The notes beneath the pieces are model-generated. The model was not told the origin of the DNA, searched no databases, and was given only the letters and a program-made list of their open reading frames with translations. Of a stretch of DNA of 64,000 nucleotides, positions 19,285-29,123 are shown in pieces. Position numbers and translations under genes: made by a program. The stretch comes from an uncultured Burkholderiaceae bacterium (GTDB lineage: Bacteria > Pseudomonadota > Gammaproteobacteria > Burkholderiales > Burkholderiaceae_B). The stretch covers positions 44,261 to 108,260 of the forward strand of contig CAWUWI010000006.1 of NCBI GenBank assembly GCA_963926245.1. The letters are read 5' to 3'. Within the stretch, counting starts at the first letter, position 1; each line of letters begins with the position of its first letter.

Positions 19285-19704
19285 TTAGTCCGCAACCTGG
19301 GCGGCCAAACTGATTTTATTAAGGCCTGCGAGCCTTGCAGCTTGCATGGCAGTGACCACGGCTTGGTGCGTGGCATTGGCATCAGCGCGGATCACTACAG
19401 TTTTTTCAAGGCTAGAACCATCCCTTGCCGCGGCAGCAGTCAAGGCCGCAACAATGGCTGAGACGTTTGTGCTTTCTAGTACTTGTTGGTCCACAGCAAC
19501 CTGCCCGTCAGCAGCGATGGTGATGCTAATCGAGGCTGGGATTTCAACGGCTGATTGCCCTTGCGGTAGTGACACATCCAACGCGCGTTCCTGCGTGAAA
19601 GTGGTTGAAACGGCCAGAAATATCACAATGACCAGCAACACATCAATTAAGGGAATAAGATTGATGTCTGGTGAGTCGTCGGCGTGTTTGGCGCGCAGGT
19701 GCAT
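19285..19704 (-). CDS. exbD: biopolymer transport protein ExbD/TolR
   Basis: 139 aa. N-terminal INLIPLIDVLLVIVIF single TM is characteristic. 2 nt upstream of lpxK. Confidence 0.85.
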   Translation of the reverse strand: MHLRAKHADDSPDINLIPLIDVLLVIVIFLAVSTTFTQERALDVSLPQGQSAVEIPASISITIAADGQVAVDQQVLESTNVSAIVAALTAAAARDGSSLEKTVVIRADANATHQAVVTAMQAARLAGLNKISLAAQVAD

Positions 19705-19719
19705 GGCTGGCTTCTTGAG

Positions 19720-20388
19720 TTAAGGGTAAATTTGCTGGATAAGAGAACGGGCTGACTGCTCAATTTTGACCAACAAATTATTGACATGGACCCGAAGCAG
19801 CCTGTGTGCGATGGCAGCTGGGACGGCGATGAGAATGCCAAAACCCGTGTTGTAGAGCGCAATCGAGATGCCACGGGCGAGTTGCCCCGGATCGGTGCCG
19901 CCAGGTTGATAGGCGGCAAAGATTTCAATCATCCCAATAACAGTACCGAACAAACCCATCAGCGGTGCAATCGTGGCAATCATACCTAGAGCTGGCAAAA
20001 ACCGTTGCATTTCATGGGCGACATCGGCTCCAGTCTCTTCAGCGCGCAGCCGAATTTCATCGATGGCTTGCTGCTTATTGGCCAAAATAGTCGACAACAC
20101 TTTGCCGCCAAGACTTGATTGGGTCAACTTATCGAGTGACTCTGCGGTCATGCTATTGCCTCTGAGCAGCCGCGAGGCTTCAATCGGTACGTCGGCTGGG
20201 CAAACACGACTGAGGCGTAATGCCATCAGGCGTTCAAAAATGATGGCCAAAGTCACCACGGATAAAAACAGTAGTGGCCAGACGGGCCAGCCGGCCTCAA
20301 CAATGATTGACTGCAAGATAGATTCGCCTTGATAAAGAGTAAAAGTCTTGAATTCTGTATGGTACGGTTTAGTCCCGACCAGTGGCAA
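19720..20388 (-). CDS. exbB: MotA/TolQ/ExbB proton-channel protein
   Basis: GGW.VWPLL.LSV..LAII.ER at the N-terminus and a C-terminal TolQ/ExbB channel motif (APLMGLFGTV.GMI..F). The start is uncertain: TTG at 20388, or an in-frame TTG about 72 nt downstream. Confidence 0.8.
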   Translation of the reverse strand: MPLVGTKPYHTEFKTFTLYQGESILQSIIVEAGWPVWPLLFLSVVTLAIIFERLMALRLSRVCPADVPIEASRLLRGNSMTAESLDKLTQSSLGGKVLSTILANKQQAIDEIRLRAEETGADVAHEMQRFLPALGMIATIAPLMGLFGTVIGMIEIFAAYQPGGTDPGQLARGISIALYNTGFGILIAVPAAIAHRLLRVHVNNLLVKIEQSARSLIQQIYP

Positions 20389-20417
20389 GCAATGTAATAC
20401 GTGAAGGGCCTTTTAAT

Positions 20418-20440
20418 CTATCCACAGTTTCTGTGGATAA
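20418..20440. promoter_or_regulatory. inverted pair of DnaA-box-like 9-mers / 21-bp perfect palindrome
   Basis: CTATCCACA (8/9) at 20418-20426 and, on the opposite strand, TTATCCACA (9/9) at 20432-20440. Together they form TATCCACAG-TTT-CTGTGGATA, in the exbB/xseA divergent intergenic region. Confidence 0.45.
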
Positions 20441-20670
20441 CTTTGGCTGAAACCAAATCGCATGCCTAAAACAGTCGCTCGAGGTACTTTGAGCAAAAAA
20501 TGATCACTTTACAGTGCTAAAAGTACAAGTGTTTTAATTTCAATTGATTATGTCAAAAACATGATGTTTTACATGAATAAATTTACGAAACTTCAAGTAC
20601 CGTATCGTTTCACAAAGCACCAAATCTTTGGTTGGCGCGCTTTGTGGACAGATTGTAGGCGGAATGGTTC

Positions 20671-21948
20671 ATGACAATTGAAAGTCGTGTCACGGATGAC
20701 AAAACTGCGCCAGATCTTCTAACGGTTAGCGAACTCAACCGGCAGGTTGCCCAATCGATTGAAAACGAGTTTGGCCTGGTTTGGCTTACGGGTGAGGTGT
20801 CGACTTTCACGCGCGCGTCTTCAGGCCATCTTTACTTAACTCTCAAAGATGCCTCTGCCAGTGTGCGCGCAGTGATGTTTAGAGGGCGGCTGGCCTACTG
20901 TGAGTTCCAACCGTCGGTAGGTGATCAAGTTCAAATTAAGGCGCGAGTCGGTTTGTATGAGCCGCGGGGTGATTTTCAGCTCAACATTCAAACGCTACGT
21001 AGGGCAGGGCGAGGCACGCTCTATGAGCAGTTTTTATTGTTGAAGGAGCGCTTACAAGCCGAAGGCCTATTTGACTCAGCCAACAAGCGTCCTTTGACCG
21101 AACACCCCAAAGCAATCGGTGTCATTACTTCATTGGGGGCGGCGGCCCTGCATGACGTTTTAACCACATTAGCGCGACGCGCGCCACATGTGCCCATTAT
21201 CGTTTATCCCAGTTTGGTTCAAGGCTTGTCAGCGCCCCATGAGCTGCGGCTGGCTTTGGCAGCAGCCAACAGACGGCAAGAGGTGGATACGCTGTTGCTT
21301 GTGCGCGGTGGTGGCAGCTTAGAGGACCTATGGGCTTTTAATGATGAGGGCTTGGCGCGCGATATCGCCTCAAGTGCCTTACCGATTATTGCGGGTGTTG
21401 GACACGAGTCCGACGTCTCGATTGCTGATTTTGTGGCTGACTTGCGAGCACCCACACCGACAGCGGCAGCCGAACTGGCTTGTCTGCCTCGCCAAGCCCT
21501 TTTCGATCAAATCAGAGGCTTATGTCTGTCGTCACAACAAATCGTGATGCGCAAACTAGAGCTTCTGGGACAGCGCCTTGACCGCCTGGGTTACAGGTTG
21601 GTTTCTCCTACGCAACGCCTTGAGCAGCGCCGGCAGGCGTTAGCACTGTTGAGCAAGCGCCTTGAACACGGCGTCCCTGGCATTGAGCGTTTGGAAGAGC
21701 AATTAAAACGTCGATCTCAGTCGTTAACACGGCTCATGTCTGATGCCCTGACGATCAGGCACAATCGATTGACGCTACAGCGATCACAGCTTGAAACGTT
21801 GGCGCCAGCGGCCACGCTTGCGCGCGGGTTTGCGATTGTGCGAGGGTCAGATGGTGTCATCTTGACCGATGCGGCACAAGTCAAAGGTTCAGATGAACTG
21901 TCGATTGTCTTGGCCAAAGGCAGGCTAAAAGCCACGGTTGACAGCTAA
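20671..21948 (+). CDS. xseA: exodeoxyribonuclease VII large subunit
   Basis: 425 aa. N-terminal OB-fold region (VSELN......E..F..VW..GE.S......SGH.Y..LKD) and the central GGGS.EDLW.FN motif. Confidence 0.9.
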   Translation: MTIESRVTDDKTAPDLLTVSELNRQVAQSIENEFGLVWLTGEVSTFTRASSGHLYLTLKDASASVRAVMFRGRLAYCEFQPSVGDQVQIKARVGLYEPRGDFQLNIQTLRRAGRGTLYEQFLLLKERLQAEGLFDSANKRPLTEHPKAIGVITSLGAAALHDVLTTLARRAPHVPIIVYPSLVQGLSAPHELRLALAAANRRQEVDTLLLVRGGGSLEDLWAFNDEGLARDIASSALPIIAGVGHESDVSIADFVADLRAPTPTAAAELACLPRQALFDQIRGLCLSSQQIVMRKLELLGQRLDRLGYRLVSPTQRLEQRRQALALLSKRLEHGVPGIERLEEQLKRRSQSLTRLMSDALTIRHNRLTLQRSQLETLAPAATLARGFAIVRGSDGVILTDAAQVKGSDELSIVLAKGRLKATVDS

Positions 21949-22148
21949 ACGCTTTTATCATTTGCGTGAAACGCCCCAGTTGATTGGAAAACCATCCCAT
22001 TTGGCGGGGTAGTACAAATAACAGGTAAGCCTTGGCTACAATAAATGTTAAGGATGGTTATCGCGCTCGACCATCTTAATGGTTTATGCGTGAAGGCCAA
22101 CACCGTACACTAGCGAATCAATTGGCAAACCAAAAGGACACTGACCCC

Positions 22149-22727
22149 ATGACACACACGTTACCTGCGCTTCCATACGCCATCGACGCCTTGGCGCCTC
22201 TCATCTCGCAAGAGACGCTTGAATACCACTACGGCAAGCACCATCAAACATATGTGACAAACTTGAACAATCTGATCCCAGGCACAGAGTTTGAGTCGGC
22301 TTCTTTGGATGAGATTGTTAAGAAGTCCAGCGGCGGCATTTTTAACAACGCGGCCCAGGTTTGGAACCATACTTTTTATTGGAACAGCTTGACACCTAAC
22401 GGCGGTGGTGAGCCAAGTGGTAGGTTGGCTGAAGCCATTGCAGCGAAATGGGGTAGTGTTGATGCTTTCAAGGAAGCGTTCAATAAATCGGCCGCTGGCA
22501 ACTTTGGTTCTGGTTGGACATGGTTGGTTAAAAAATCAGACGGTAGTGTTGACATTGTTAATACCAGCAATGCGGGTACGCCTGTGACCACAGACGACAC
22601 GCCACTTTTAACCTGTGATGTTTGGGAGCACGCCTACTACGTTGATTACCGCAACGCCCGTCCAAAGTATTTGGAGACGTTTTGGAAGCTAGCGAACTGG
22701 TCGTTTGCTGAAAAGAACTTTGCTTAA
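22149..22727 (+). CDS. sodB: Fe-type superoxide dismutase
   Basis: The ATG at 22149 ([10 protein letters not shown]...) is preceded by [23 protein letters not shown] and DVWEHAYY motifs are present. The track's start at 22086 is an upstream extension. Confidence 0.95.
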   Translation: MTHTLPALPYAIDALAPLISQETLEYHYGKHHQTYVTNLNNLIPGTEFESASLDEIVKKSSGGIFNNAAQVWNHTFYWNSLTPNGGGEPSGRLAEAIAAKWGSVDAFKEAFNKSAAGNFGSGWTWLVKKSDGSVDIVNTSNAGTPVTTDDTPLLTCDVWEHAYYVDYRNARPKYLETFWKLANWSFAEKNFA

Positions 22728-22762
22728 AAGCAGTTAATGTGTTTATAAAAGTCATTACCAAA

Positions 22763-22792
22763 AGCGCCGGCCTTAGCTGGCGCTTTTGTTTT
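22763..22792 (+). terminator. intrinsic terminator after sodB
   Basis: 9-bp GC-rich stem AGCGCCGGC/GCTGGCGCT (one G-U pair), loop CTTA, then TTTGTTTT. Confidence 0.7.
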
Positions 22793-22829
22793 ATGATCAT
22801 CGATTGAGACAATAAAAAAAGGGATAGAC

Positions 22830-24038
22830 ATGGCAGCAATAGATGCTTTCATATGTGACGCCATCCGGACACCGATTGGGCGTTATGGTGGTGGTCTTTC
22901 GAGCGTTCGCACTGACGACTTGGGTGCATTGCCGATCAAGGCATTGATGGCTCGAAATGCAAACGTTGATTGGACTCGCGTTGATGAGGTTCTCTACGGG
23001 TGCGCCAACCAAGCGGGTGAAGACAATCGAAACGTCGCACGCATGGCCGCGTTGCTGGCAGGCTTACCGGCTGACGTGCCTGGTGCCACGATTAACCGTT
23101 TGTGTGGTTCAGGCATGGATGCTGTTGGTACGGGCGCGCGCGCCATTCGCGCAGGCGAAGCGTCTTTGATCATCGCCGGTGGTGTTGAAAGCATGAGCCG
23201 AGCACCGTTTGTGATGGGCAAGGCAGAAACCGCGTTTGCTCGTGCTGCGTCGATTTATGACACCACCATTGGCTGGCGTTTTGTGAACAAGCTGATGAAG
23301 GAACTACACGGTGTGGATTCGATGCCTGAAACCGCTGAAAACGTGGCAGACCAATTTGGCGTGTCGCGTGAAGATCAAGACAAATTCGCCATGGCGAGTC
23401 AAGAAAAGGCAGCTGCCGCTCAAGCCTCAGGCTATTTCGATGAAGAAATCACGCCTGTGCATATCCCGCAACGCAAGGGCGACGCCCTAATTGTGGCGCG
23501 TGACGAGCATCCCCGCCAAACCAGTATAGAAGCGCTGGCTAAGCTCAAAGGTGTGGTTCGTGAGGGTGGCTCGGTCTCAGCGGGGAATGCCTCGGGTGTC
23601 AATGACGGTTCAGTAGCACTCTTAATAGCCAATGAGCAGGCCATCAAAGACCACCAACTGGCCCCGCGCGCGCGCGTCATTGCCATGGCAACGGCTGGCG
23701 TTGAGCCCCGTATCATGGGGATCGGTCCCGCACCGGCATCGAAAAAAGTACTTGCCTTAGCGGGTATGACCATTGATCAAATGGACGTGATTGAGCTCAA
23801 TGAGGCCTTTGCCGCACAAGGCTTGGCCACGCTACGTTTGCTGGCCGTGGCGGATAATGATCCTCGCGTAAACCCCAATGGGGGCGCAATTGCTTTAGGT
23901 CACCCCTTGGGTGCCAGTGGCGCCCGTTTGGTGATGACAGCGGTGCACCAGTTACACAAAACGCAGGGCCGGTATGCGCTATGTACGATGTGTATTGGCG
24001 TGGGGCAGGGAATCGCAATGATTGTTGAGCGCGTTTAG
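22830..24038 (+). CDS. acetyl-CoA C-acyltransferase, 3-oxoadipyl-CoA thiolase (PcaF/PaaJ)-like
   Basis: 402 aa. AFICDAIRTPIGRYGG N-terminus, active-site NRLCGSGMDA, and C-terminal NGGAIALGHPLGASG...CIGVGQG. Confidence 0.9.
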   Translation: MAAIDAFICDAIRTPIGRYGGGLSSVRTDDLGALPIKALMARNANVDWTRVDEVLYGCANQAGEDNRNVARMAALLAGLPADVPGATINRLCGSGMDAVGTGARAIRAGEASLIIAGGVESMSRAPFVMGKAETAFARAASIYDTTIGWRFVNKLMKELHGVDSMPETAENVADQFGVSREDQDKFAMASQEKAAAAQASGYFDEEITPVHIPQRKGDALIVARDEHPRQTSIEALAKLKGVVREGGSVSAGNASGVNDGSVALLIANEQAIKDHQLAPRARVIAMATAGVEPRIMGIGPAPASKKVLALAGMTIDQMDVIELNEAFAAQGLATLRLLAVADNDPRVNPNGGAIALGHPLGASGARLVMTAVHQLHKTQGRYALCTMCIGVGQGIAMIVERV

Positions 24039-24050
24039 TATTGAAATGAT

Positions 24051-24086
24051 GCAGGAAAATAAAGGCAAGTTCCTTTATTTTTCTGC
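24051..24086. terminator. bidirectional hairpin terminator between convergent thiolase and DUF192 genes
   Basis: AGGAAAATAAAGG / CCTTTATTTTTCT stem (13 bp, one mismatch), loop CAAGTT, with A/T runs on both sides. Confidence 0.6.
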
Positions 24087-24109
24087 TTTAAATCAACGCC
24101 AACAACGCA

Positions 24110-24607
24110 TTACTTCAAAGTGTGCAAACCTCTAACGGTCATGCTGGGGGAAATGTTTCTCTTGGCGAACCAGCCCTGATTGACCTCAAGTGCAAGTCTG
24201 ACGGGTTCGGCTGAACAATGACTGTCGTCCTTTAACGGCTGCATGTGTTCGATGTTGACGATTGAACCGTCGTCGCGCAAAAAGGCAATCGATAAGGGAA
24301 TGAGTGTGTTTCTCATCCAAAAGCACTGGACGCCGGGTCGGTCAAACACAAATAGCATGCCACGCATCTCGGGCAAAGAGGGGCGCCCCATCAAGCCTTT
24401 CGCACGTTCGTCGGCTTTGACGGCAAGCTCGGTTTGTACGCGGTGCATCCCGACATACAACTCTATAGTGGGTAGCGGTGTTGGCTGTGCTTGGGCTGCC
24501 CCTGTTAAAAATAAGGCAACCAGGGCGAGGCCAAAAGACTTTAAAGGCGACAAGCCGATGGCGATCACCTGCTGGGACCGAATAGTATTTAAAACAAGCA
24601 TGGGCAT
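24110..24607 (-). CDS. DUF192 (COG1430) secreted protein
   Basis: 165 aa. N-terminal signal-like hydrophobic segment ending AQA. GMLFVF....FWM.NT.IPL.IAF...DG.IV motif. Confidence 0.75.
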   Translation of the reverse strand: MPMLVLNTIRSQQVIAIGLSPLKSFGLALVALFLTGAAQAQPTPLPTIELYVGMHRVQTELAVKADERAKGLMGRPSLPEMRGMLFVFDRPGVQCFWMRNTLIPLSIAFLRDDGSIVNIEHMQPLKDDSHCSAEPVRLALEVNQGWFAKRNISPSMTVRGLHTLK

Positions 24608-24631
24608 GGAGGGGTTTTTAACCCCTTTGAG

Positions 24632-24877
24632 TTAACCAGCCGTTATATTAATCGCTTGATTGCCTTTTGGGCCTTGCGTGATTTCGAAGTTGACTCGCTG
24701 GCCCTCTTTGAGGGTTTTAAAGCCGTTCATCTGTATCGATGAAAAGTGTGCGAATAAGTCGTCACTGCCGTCATCGGGCGTGACAAATCCAAAGCCTTTG
24801 GCATCGTTAAACCATTTGACGATGCCAGTGGCGGTGGCTTTTCCGCGAGAGTCGGGGGCATTGGTCGGATCGGACAT
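24632..24877 (-). CDS. cold-shock protein, CspA family
   Basis: The ATG at 24877 gives 81 aa. [15 protein letters not shown] (RNP1) and DLFAHFS (RNP2) are present. The track's longer ORF is an upstream extension. Confidence 0.9.
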   Translation of the reverse strand: MSDPTNAPDSRGKATATGIVKWFNDAKGFGFVTPDDGSDDLFAHFSSIQMNGFKTLKEGQRVNFEITQGPKGNQAINITAG

Positions 24878-25101
24878 TTGAACGGCCTCTAGTGTTGTTG
24901 TGGATAGAAACGAATTGGGCCGTTTGGATAAATAGCCCAACGCAAGGCAGCCATGCATCAATAGTGCTGTATCGGTCATTTTGACTGCTAAGCCCATTTT
25001 TGGGCACATTTATGACTAGAGTCAAGCCTTCAGCGGTTTTTTTATTAGTTGTAACCTGCCATAAACTCAATCAAAGCATCTTGTGGTCTTGAAACAGAAC
25101 T

Positions 25102-25422
25102 ATGCCAAATCGAATTGAATCGTCGGGAACTGCATTGGTGGATCGGCAAAGCGCCAAAACCAAACCCCCACCCATGTATCAGGTCATTCTTTTGAATGAC
25201 GATTACACACCGATGGAGTTTGTTGTTTTGGTGCTGCAAAAATATTTTGGTAAGAGCCAAGAAGAGGCCATGCAAATCATGCTCGCTGTGCACAATACGG
25301 GTCGAGGTGTTTGTGGGGTTTACCCTAAAGATGTGGCTGCAACGCGGATTACTTTAGTACTTCAGTTTGCCAAATCACGCCAACACCCCCTCCAGTGTGT
25401 CATGGAACCTGTAGGGGATTAG
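25102..25422 (+). CDS. clpS: ATP-dependent Clp protease adaptor ClpS
   Basis: 106 aa. [22 protein letters not shown]...F. Confidence 0.92.
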   Translation: MPNRIESSGTALVDRQSAKTKPPPMYQVILLNDDYTPMEFVVLVLQKYFGKSQEEAMQIMLAVHNTGRGVCGVYPKDVAATRITLVLQFAKSRQHPLQCVMEPVGD

Positions 25423-25541
25423 AGGGTTTTGTAAAGATAAGCATAGAATCGAATTAAGCTAGTTTTTTTTGCATTTATAGCAGTCGGTCTTCACAACATA
25501 TTTTTGTACGGCCGATCGAATCAGAAGCAACGGGAGGAAAT

Positions 25542-27890
25542 GTGATTTCCCAAGAACTCGAAGTTAGTTTGCATATGGCATTCGTCGAAGCGCGCTCCGC
25601 GCGGCACGAATTCATCACCGTCGAGCACCTGCTTCTCGCCCTGCTTGATAATGCGGCAGCGGTTGAAGTGTTGAAAGCTTGCGCGGCCAACACAGATGAG
25701 TTGCGCCAACATTTGCGCAAGTTCGTCAGCGACAACACGCCAGTTATACCCGAAGGCGGTGAGGTGGACACCCAACCTACGCTTGGATTTCAGCGCGTGA
25801 TTCAGCGAGCTATCATGCATGTGTCCGCAGGCGGCACGTCAAAGAAGCCGGTGACTGGCGCTAACGTGTTGGTGGCCATTTTTGGTGAGAAAGACTCTCA
25901 CGCCGTGTACTACCTGCAACAGCAAGGTATTTCACGCTTGGATGTGGTTAATTTTTTGTCACATGGCATCACCAAAAATCAACAGGCAGAAGCACCTGCC
26001 ACCGAACGCCAGGGGCCCGCAGGTGGTGAGGAAACGCCCGATTCGCGGCAGACACCACTTGATCAATACGCGCAAGACCTGAACGCTGCAGCAATTGCTG
26101 GACGCATTGATCCGCTGATTGGGCGTGATCAAGAGGTTGAACGAGTTATTCAGATTTTGTGCCGGCGACGCAAGAACAATCCACTCTTGGTGGGTGAGGC
26201 AGGTGTTGGCAAGACCGCCATTGCTGAGGGTTTGGCTTACCGAATCACCCAAGATGAAGTGCCTGAAATTTTGCAAAACGCCTGTGTTTATTCGCTAGAT
26301 ATGGGTGCTTTGTTAGCAGGCACAAAATACCGCGGTGACTTCGAGCAACGCTTGAAAGCTGTTCTCAAGCAGCTCAAGAGCAACCCGCAAGCTATTTTGT
26401 TTATTGACGAAATTCATACGTTGATTGGCGCTGGTTCGGCTTCCGGGGGCACACTGGATGCCTCAAATTTATTGAAGCCTGCGCTATCCTCGGGTCAACT
26501 GCGCTGCATCGGTGCAACGACGTATAACGAATATCGTGGCATTTTTGAAAAAGATGCGGCCTTATCGCGACGCTTTCAAAAGGTCGATGTGCCCGAGCCA
26601 TCCGTTGAGCAGACTGTTCAAATCTTGCGCGGCTTAAAGCAGCGCTTTGAAGAGCATCACAACGTTAAGTATTCAGCAGCCGCGTTAACGGCTGCTGCTG
26701 AGTTGGCGGCACGACACATTAATGATCGTCACTTGCCTGATAAAGCTATCGATGTGATCGACGAAGCCGGTGCGGCGCAAAAGTTGTTGCCCAAATCCAA
26801 GCAAAAGAAAGTGATTGGTAAACACGAAATTGAAACCATCATTTGCAAGATTGCACGTATTCCACCTCAAACTGTGTCAACTGATGACCGTAGCCGTTTG
26901 GCCACACTTGAGCGCGACCTAAAGACTGTTGTTTTTGGTCAGGAAGCATCAATTGAGGCGTTGTCAGCGGCTATAAAAATGGCTCGCTCAGGTCTTGGTA
27001 AACCTGAAAAGCCCATCGGTTCATTCTTGTTCTCGGGCCCAACGGGTGTCGGTAAAACCGAAGTGGCACGGCAGTTGGCTTTCACACTGGGCATTGATCT
27101 TTTGCGCTTTGACATGTCGGAGTACATGGAACGTCACACCGTGTCACGGTTGATTGGTGCACCCCCAGGTTACGTTGGCTATGATCAAGGTGGCTTGTTG
27201 ACTGAAGCTATCAATAAGCAACCCCATTGTGTGTTGCTGCTCGATGAGATTGAGAAAGCACATCCAGATGTCTTTAACATTTTGTTGCAGGTGATGGATC
27301 ACGGCACGCTGACCGACAACAACGGTCGCAAGGCAGATTTCCGCAACGTGATCATCATCATGACGACCAACGCGGGTGCCGAAGCGCTTAGCAAACCCTC
27401 AATTGGGTTTTCGAACTCACGGGCCAGTGGTGACGAAATGGCCGACATCAAGAAGTTGTTTTCACCAGAATTCCGCAATCGTTTAGATGCGATCGTGCAC
27501 TTCAGCGCGCTGAGCAAGGAAGTGATCTTGCGCGTGGTTGATAAATTCTTGATGGAGCTTGAGGATCAGCTGCATGAAAAGCGGGTTGAAACGACTTTCA
27601 CGCAGCGACTCAGGGACTATTTGGCAGATCATGGTTTTGACCCACTGATGGGTGCTAGGCCAATGCAGCGGTTGATTCAAGACATGCTGCGTCGTGCCTT
27701 GGCTGATGAGTTGTTGTTTGGGCGTTTGGTCAACGGTGGTGGGGTGACGCTGGACATTGATGAGGAAGGTAAGGTTCAACTCGAGTTTGATCCATCGCCT
27801 ACTTCAGCGGCCGACAAAAAGCGCGAAGGTAATAAAAACGCCAAAAATGCCAAGGATGCCAAAGACACCCCGGCATTGGCGGTCGAGTAA
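25542..27890 (+). CDS. clpA: ATP-dependent Clp protease ATP-binding subunit ClpA
   Basis: 782 aa. GTG start after GGGAGGAAA. The N-terminus ISQELEVSLHMAF..A...RHEF.TVEHLLLALL aligns with ClpA. Two Walker A motifs are present (GEAGVGKT, GPTGVGKT). Confidence 0.95.
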   Translation: MISQELEVSLHMAFVEARSARHEFITVEHLLLALLDNAAAVEVLKACAANTDELRQHLRKFVSDNTPVIPEGGEVDTQPTLGFQRVIQRAIMHVSAGGTSKKPVTGANVLVAIFGEKDSHAVYYLQQQGISRLDVVNFLSHGITKNQQAEAPATERQGPAGGEETPDSRQTPLDQYAQDLNAAAIAGRIDPLIGRDQEVERVIQILCRRRKNNPLLVGEAGVGKTAIAEGLAYRITQDEVPEILQNACVYSLDMGALLAGTKYRGDFEQRLKAVLKQLKSNPQAILFIDEIHTLIGAGSASGGTLDASNLLKPALSSGQLRCIGATTYNEYRGIFEKDAALSRRFQKVDVPEPSVEQTVQILRGLKQRFEEHHNVKYSAAALTAAAELAARHINDRHLPDKAIDVIDEAGAAQKLLPKSKQKKVIGKHEIETIICKIARIPPQTVSTDDRSRLATLERDLKTVVFGQEASIEALSAAIKMARSGLGKPEKPIGSFLFSGPTGVGKTEVARQLAFTLGIDLLRFDMSEYMERHTVSRLIGAPPGYVGYDQGGLLTEAINKQPHCVLLLDEIEKAHPDVFNILLQVMDHGTLTDNNGRKADFRNVIIIMTTNAGAEALSKPSIGFSNSRASGDEMADIKKLFSPEFRNRLDAIVHFSALSKEVILRVVDKFLMELEDQLHEKRVETTFTQRLRDYLADHGFDPLMGARPMQRLIQDMLRRALADELLFGRLVNGGGVTLDIDEEGKVQLEFDPSPTSAADKKREGNKNAKNAKDAKDTPALAVE

Positions 27891-27960
27891 TCGTTTTTAG
27901 CACCTAGCGGGGTTGTTTTAAGTGAGTTAGGGTTTTGGGTGTTGGTTTCAGTGGGTTTGG

Positions 27961-28413
27961 CTAGTGCTTTCCAGTACTACCAAACCCGCCAGACGCTCTC
28001 TCTGTAACCTCATCAAAAGCGTCCACCAGCCTGAATTGAGCCTGTGCAACAGGCACAATAACCAGTTGCGCCAAGCGCTCTAATGGCTCTAATGTGAAAG
28101 GCTTTTTTCCACGATTCCAAGTCGACACCATCAGTGGGCCTTGGTAGTCAGAATCAATTAATCCTACCAAATTTCCCAACACGATGCCGTTTTTATGGCC
28201 CATGCCTGAGCGTGGCAATATCATGGCCGCATAGCCTGGGTTTTTGATGTGAATTGAAATGCCGGTTGGCACCAAAATGGTTTCTCCGGGTGCAATCACG
28301 GTTGCCTCATCCAGGCATGCTCTTAAATCAAGCCCCGCAGAACCAGGCGTGCCGTAAGACGGCATGAGGTCATTGATCCTTGGATCTAAGATCTTTAAGT
28401 CGATAGCTAACAT
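27961..28413 (-). CDS. dut: dUTP diphosphatase
   Basis: ATG at 28413 shares one nt with the upstream DedA stop codon (TGATG). GLIDSDYQG and a C-terminal RG.GGFGSTG motif are present. Confidence 0.95.
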   Translation of the reverse strand: MLAIDLKILDPRINDLMPSYGTPGSAGLDLRACLDEATVIAPGETILVPTGISIHIKNPGYAAMILPRSGMGHKNGIVLGNLVGLIDSDYQGPLMVSTWNRGKKPFTLEPLERLAQLVIVPVAQAQFRLVDAFDEVTERASGGFGSTGKH

Positions 28414-29081
28414 CAAGTGATCTCCTTGTGGCGGTCGTTTTGCCCACGCACCTTGCTGCGTGCCTGAGATGTTTTGCGTTGATGGGTAAAAAGATAAAGT
28501 AGTGATAAGCCAATCACAATGGATAAACCACCACCCGCATAGAGAATCAATTGACTGGCGTAACTAGCCATGTAAACGCTCTTTGCTGCTAAGTACCCAG
28601 GCGTTAACATGAGTGGCACCCAAATAATCGCAGAAAGAAAATTGGCAAGTTGAAAGCGCCATTGCGACATCCCCATCACGCCAGCAACCGTTGGGATCGT
28701 GCATCGAATTGGGCCTAAAAATCGACCGATAAAAATCGACAGAAATCCGTACCTGTAGAAAAAAAGACGTGCGCGTGCAACGGTGGGGCGGTGGTGCTTG
28801 ACCAAGCGCCACCGTAATATGGTTGGTCCTACCCATCGACCCATCCAATAAGAGACGGCATCACCAGTTATTGCACCCGTAATGCCCCATATCAGCACTG
28901 TTATCGGCGACACCAGACCTGCACCGACAAGACCCCCAGTGAAAAGTAGTAGGGCCGTGGCAGGCATCAGAATACCCAGTACCAGCAGCGACTCTCCGAA
29001 TGTCAGTATAAAAACAACAGGTCCCGCCCATGCTTGGTTGATTTCTATAAAGAGACCAATCTGATCGAGATATGCCTGCAT
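28413..29081 (-). CDS. DedA-family inner-membrane protein
   Basis: 222 aa, multi-TM. F.E......P...LL...G and GD...Y..GR motifs of the DedA/SNARE-associated family. Confidence 0.85.
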   Translation of the reverse strand: MQAYLDQIGLFIEINQAWAGPVVFILTFGESLLVLGILMPATALLLFTGGLVGAGLVSPITVLIWGITGAITGDAVSYWMGRWVGPTILRWRLVKHHRPTVARARLFFYRYGFLSIFIGRFLGPIRCTIPTVAGVMGMSQWRFQLANFLSAIIWVPLMLTPGYLAAKSVYMASYASQLILYAGGGLSIVIGLSLLYLFTHQRKTSQARSKVRGQNDRHKEIT

Positions 29082-29123
29082 GAGTTTGCTGCTTATCCTG
29101 TTGGTTGAACCCGAGGGTGTGGT

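Noticed and set aside
20389-20670. Possibility that the DnaA-box palindrome marks the chromosomal origin (oriC)
   Set aside because: Only two good boxes and one weak one are present, with no 13-mer-like repeats or GATC clustering. The flanking genes (exbB, xseA) are not origin-linked, and gene orientation does not switch coherently here.
27840-27866. Three tandem 9-bp units GCCAAAAAT/GCCAAGGAT/GCCAAAGAC encoding the (N/D)AK repeats in the ClpA C-terminal tail
   Set aside because: This is a short, imperfect, in-frame low-complexity tail beyond the conserved domains, with no evidence of function or phase variation.
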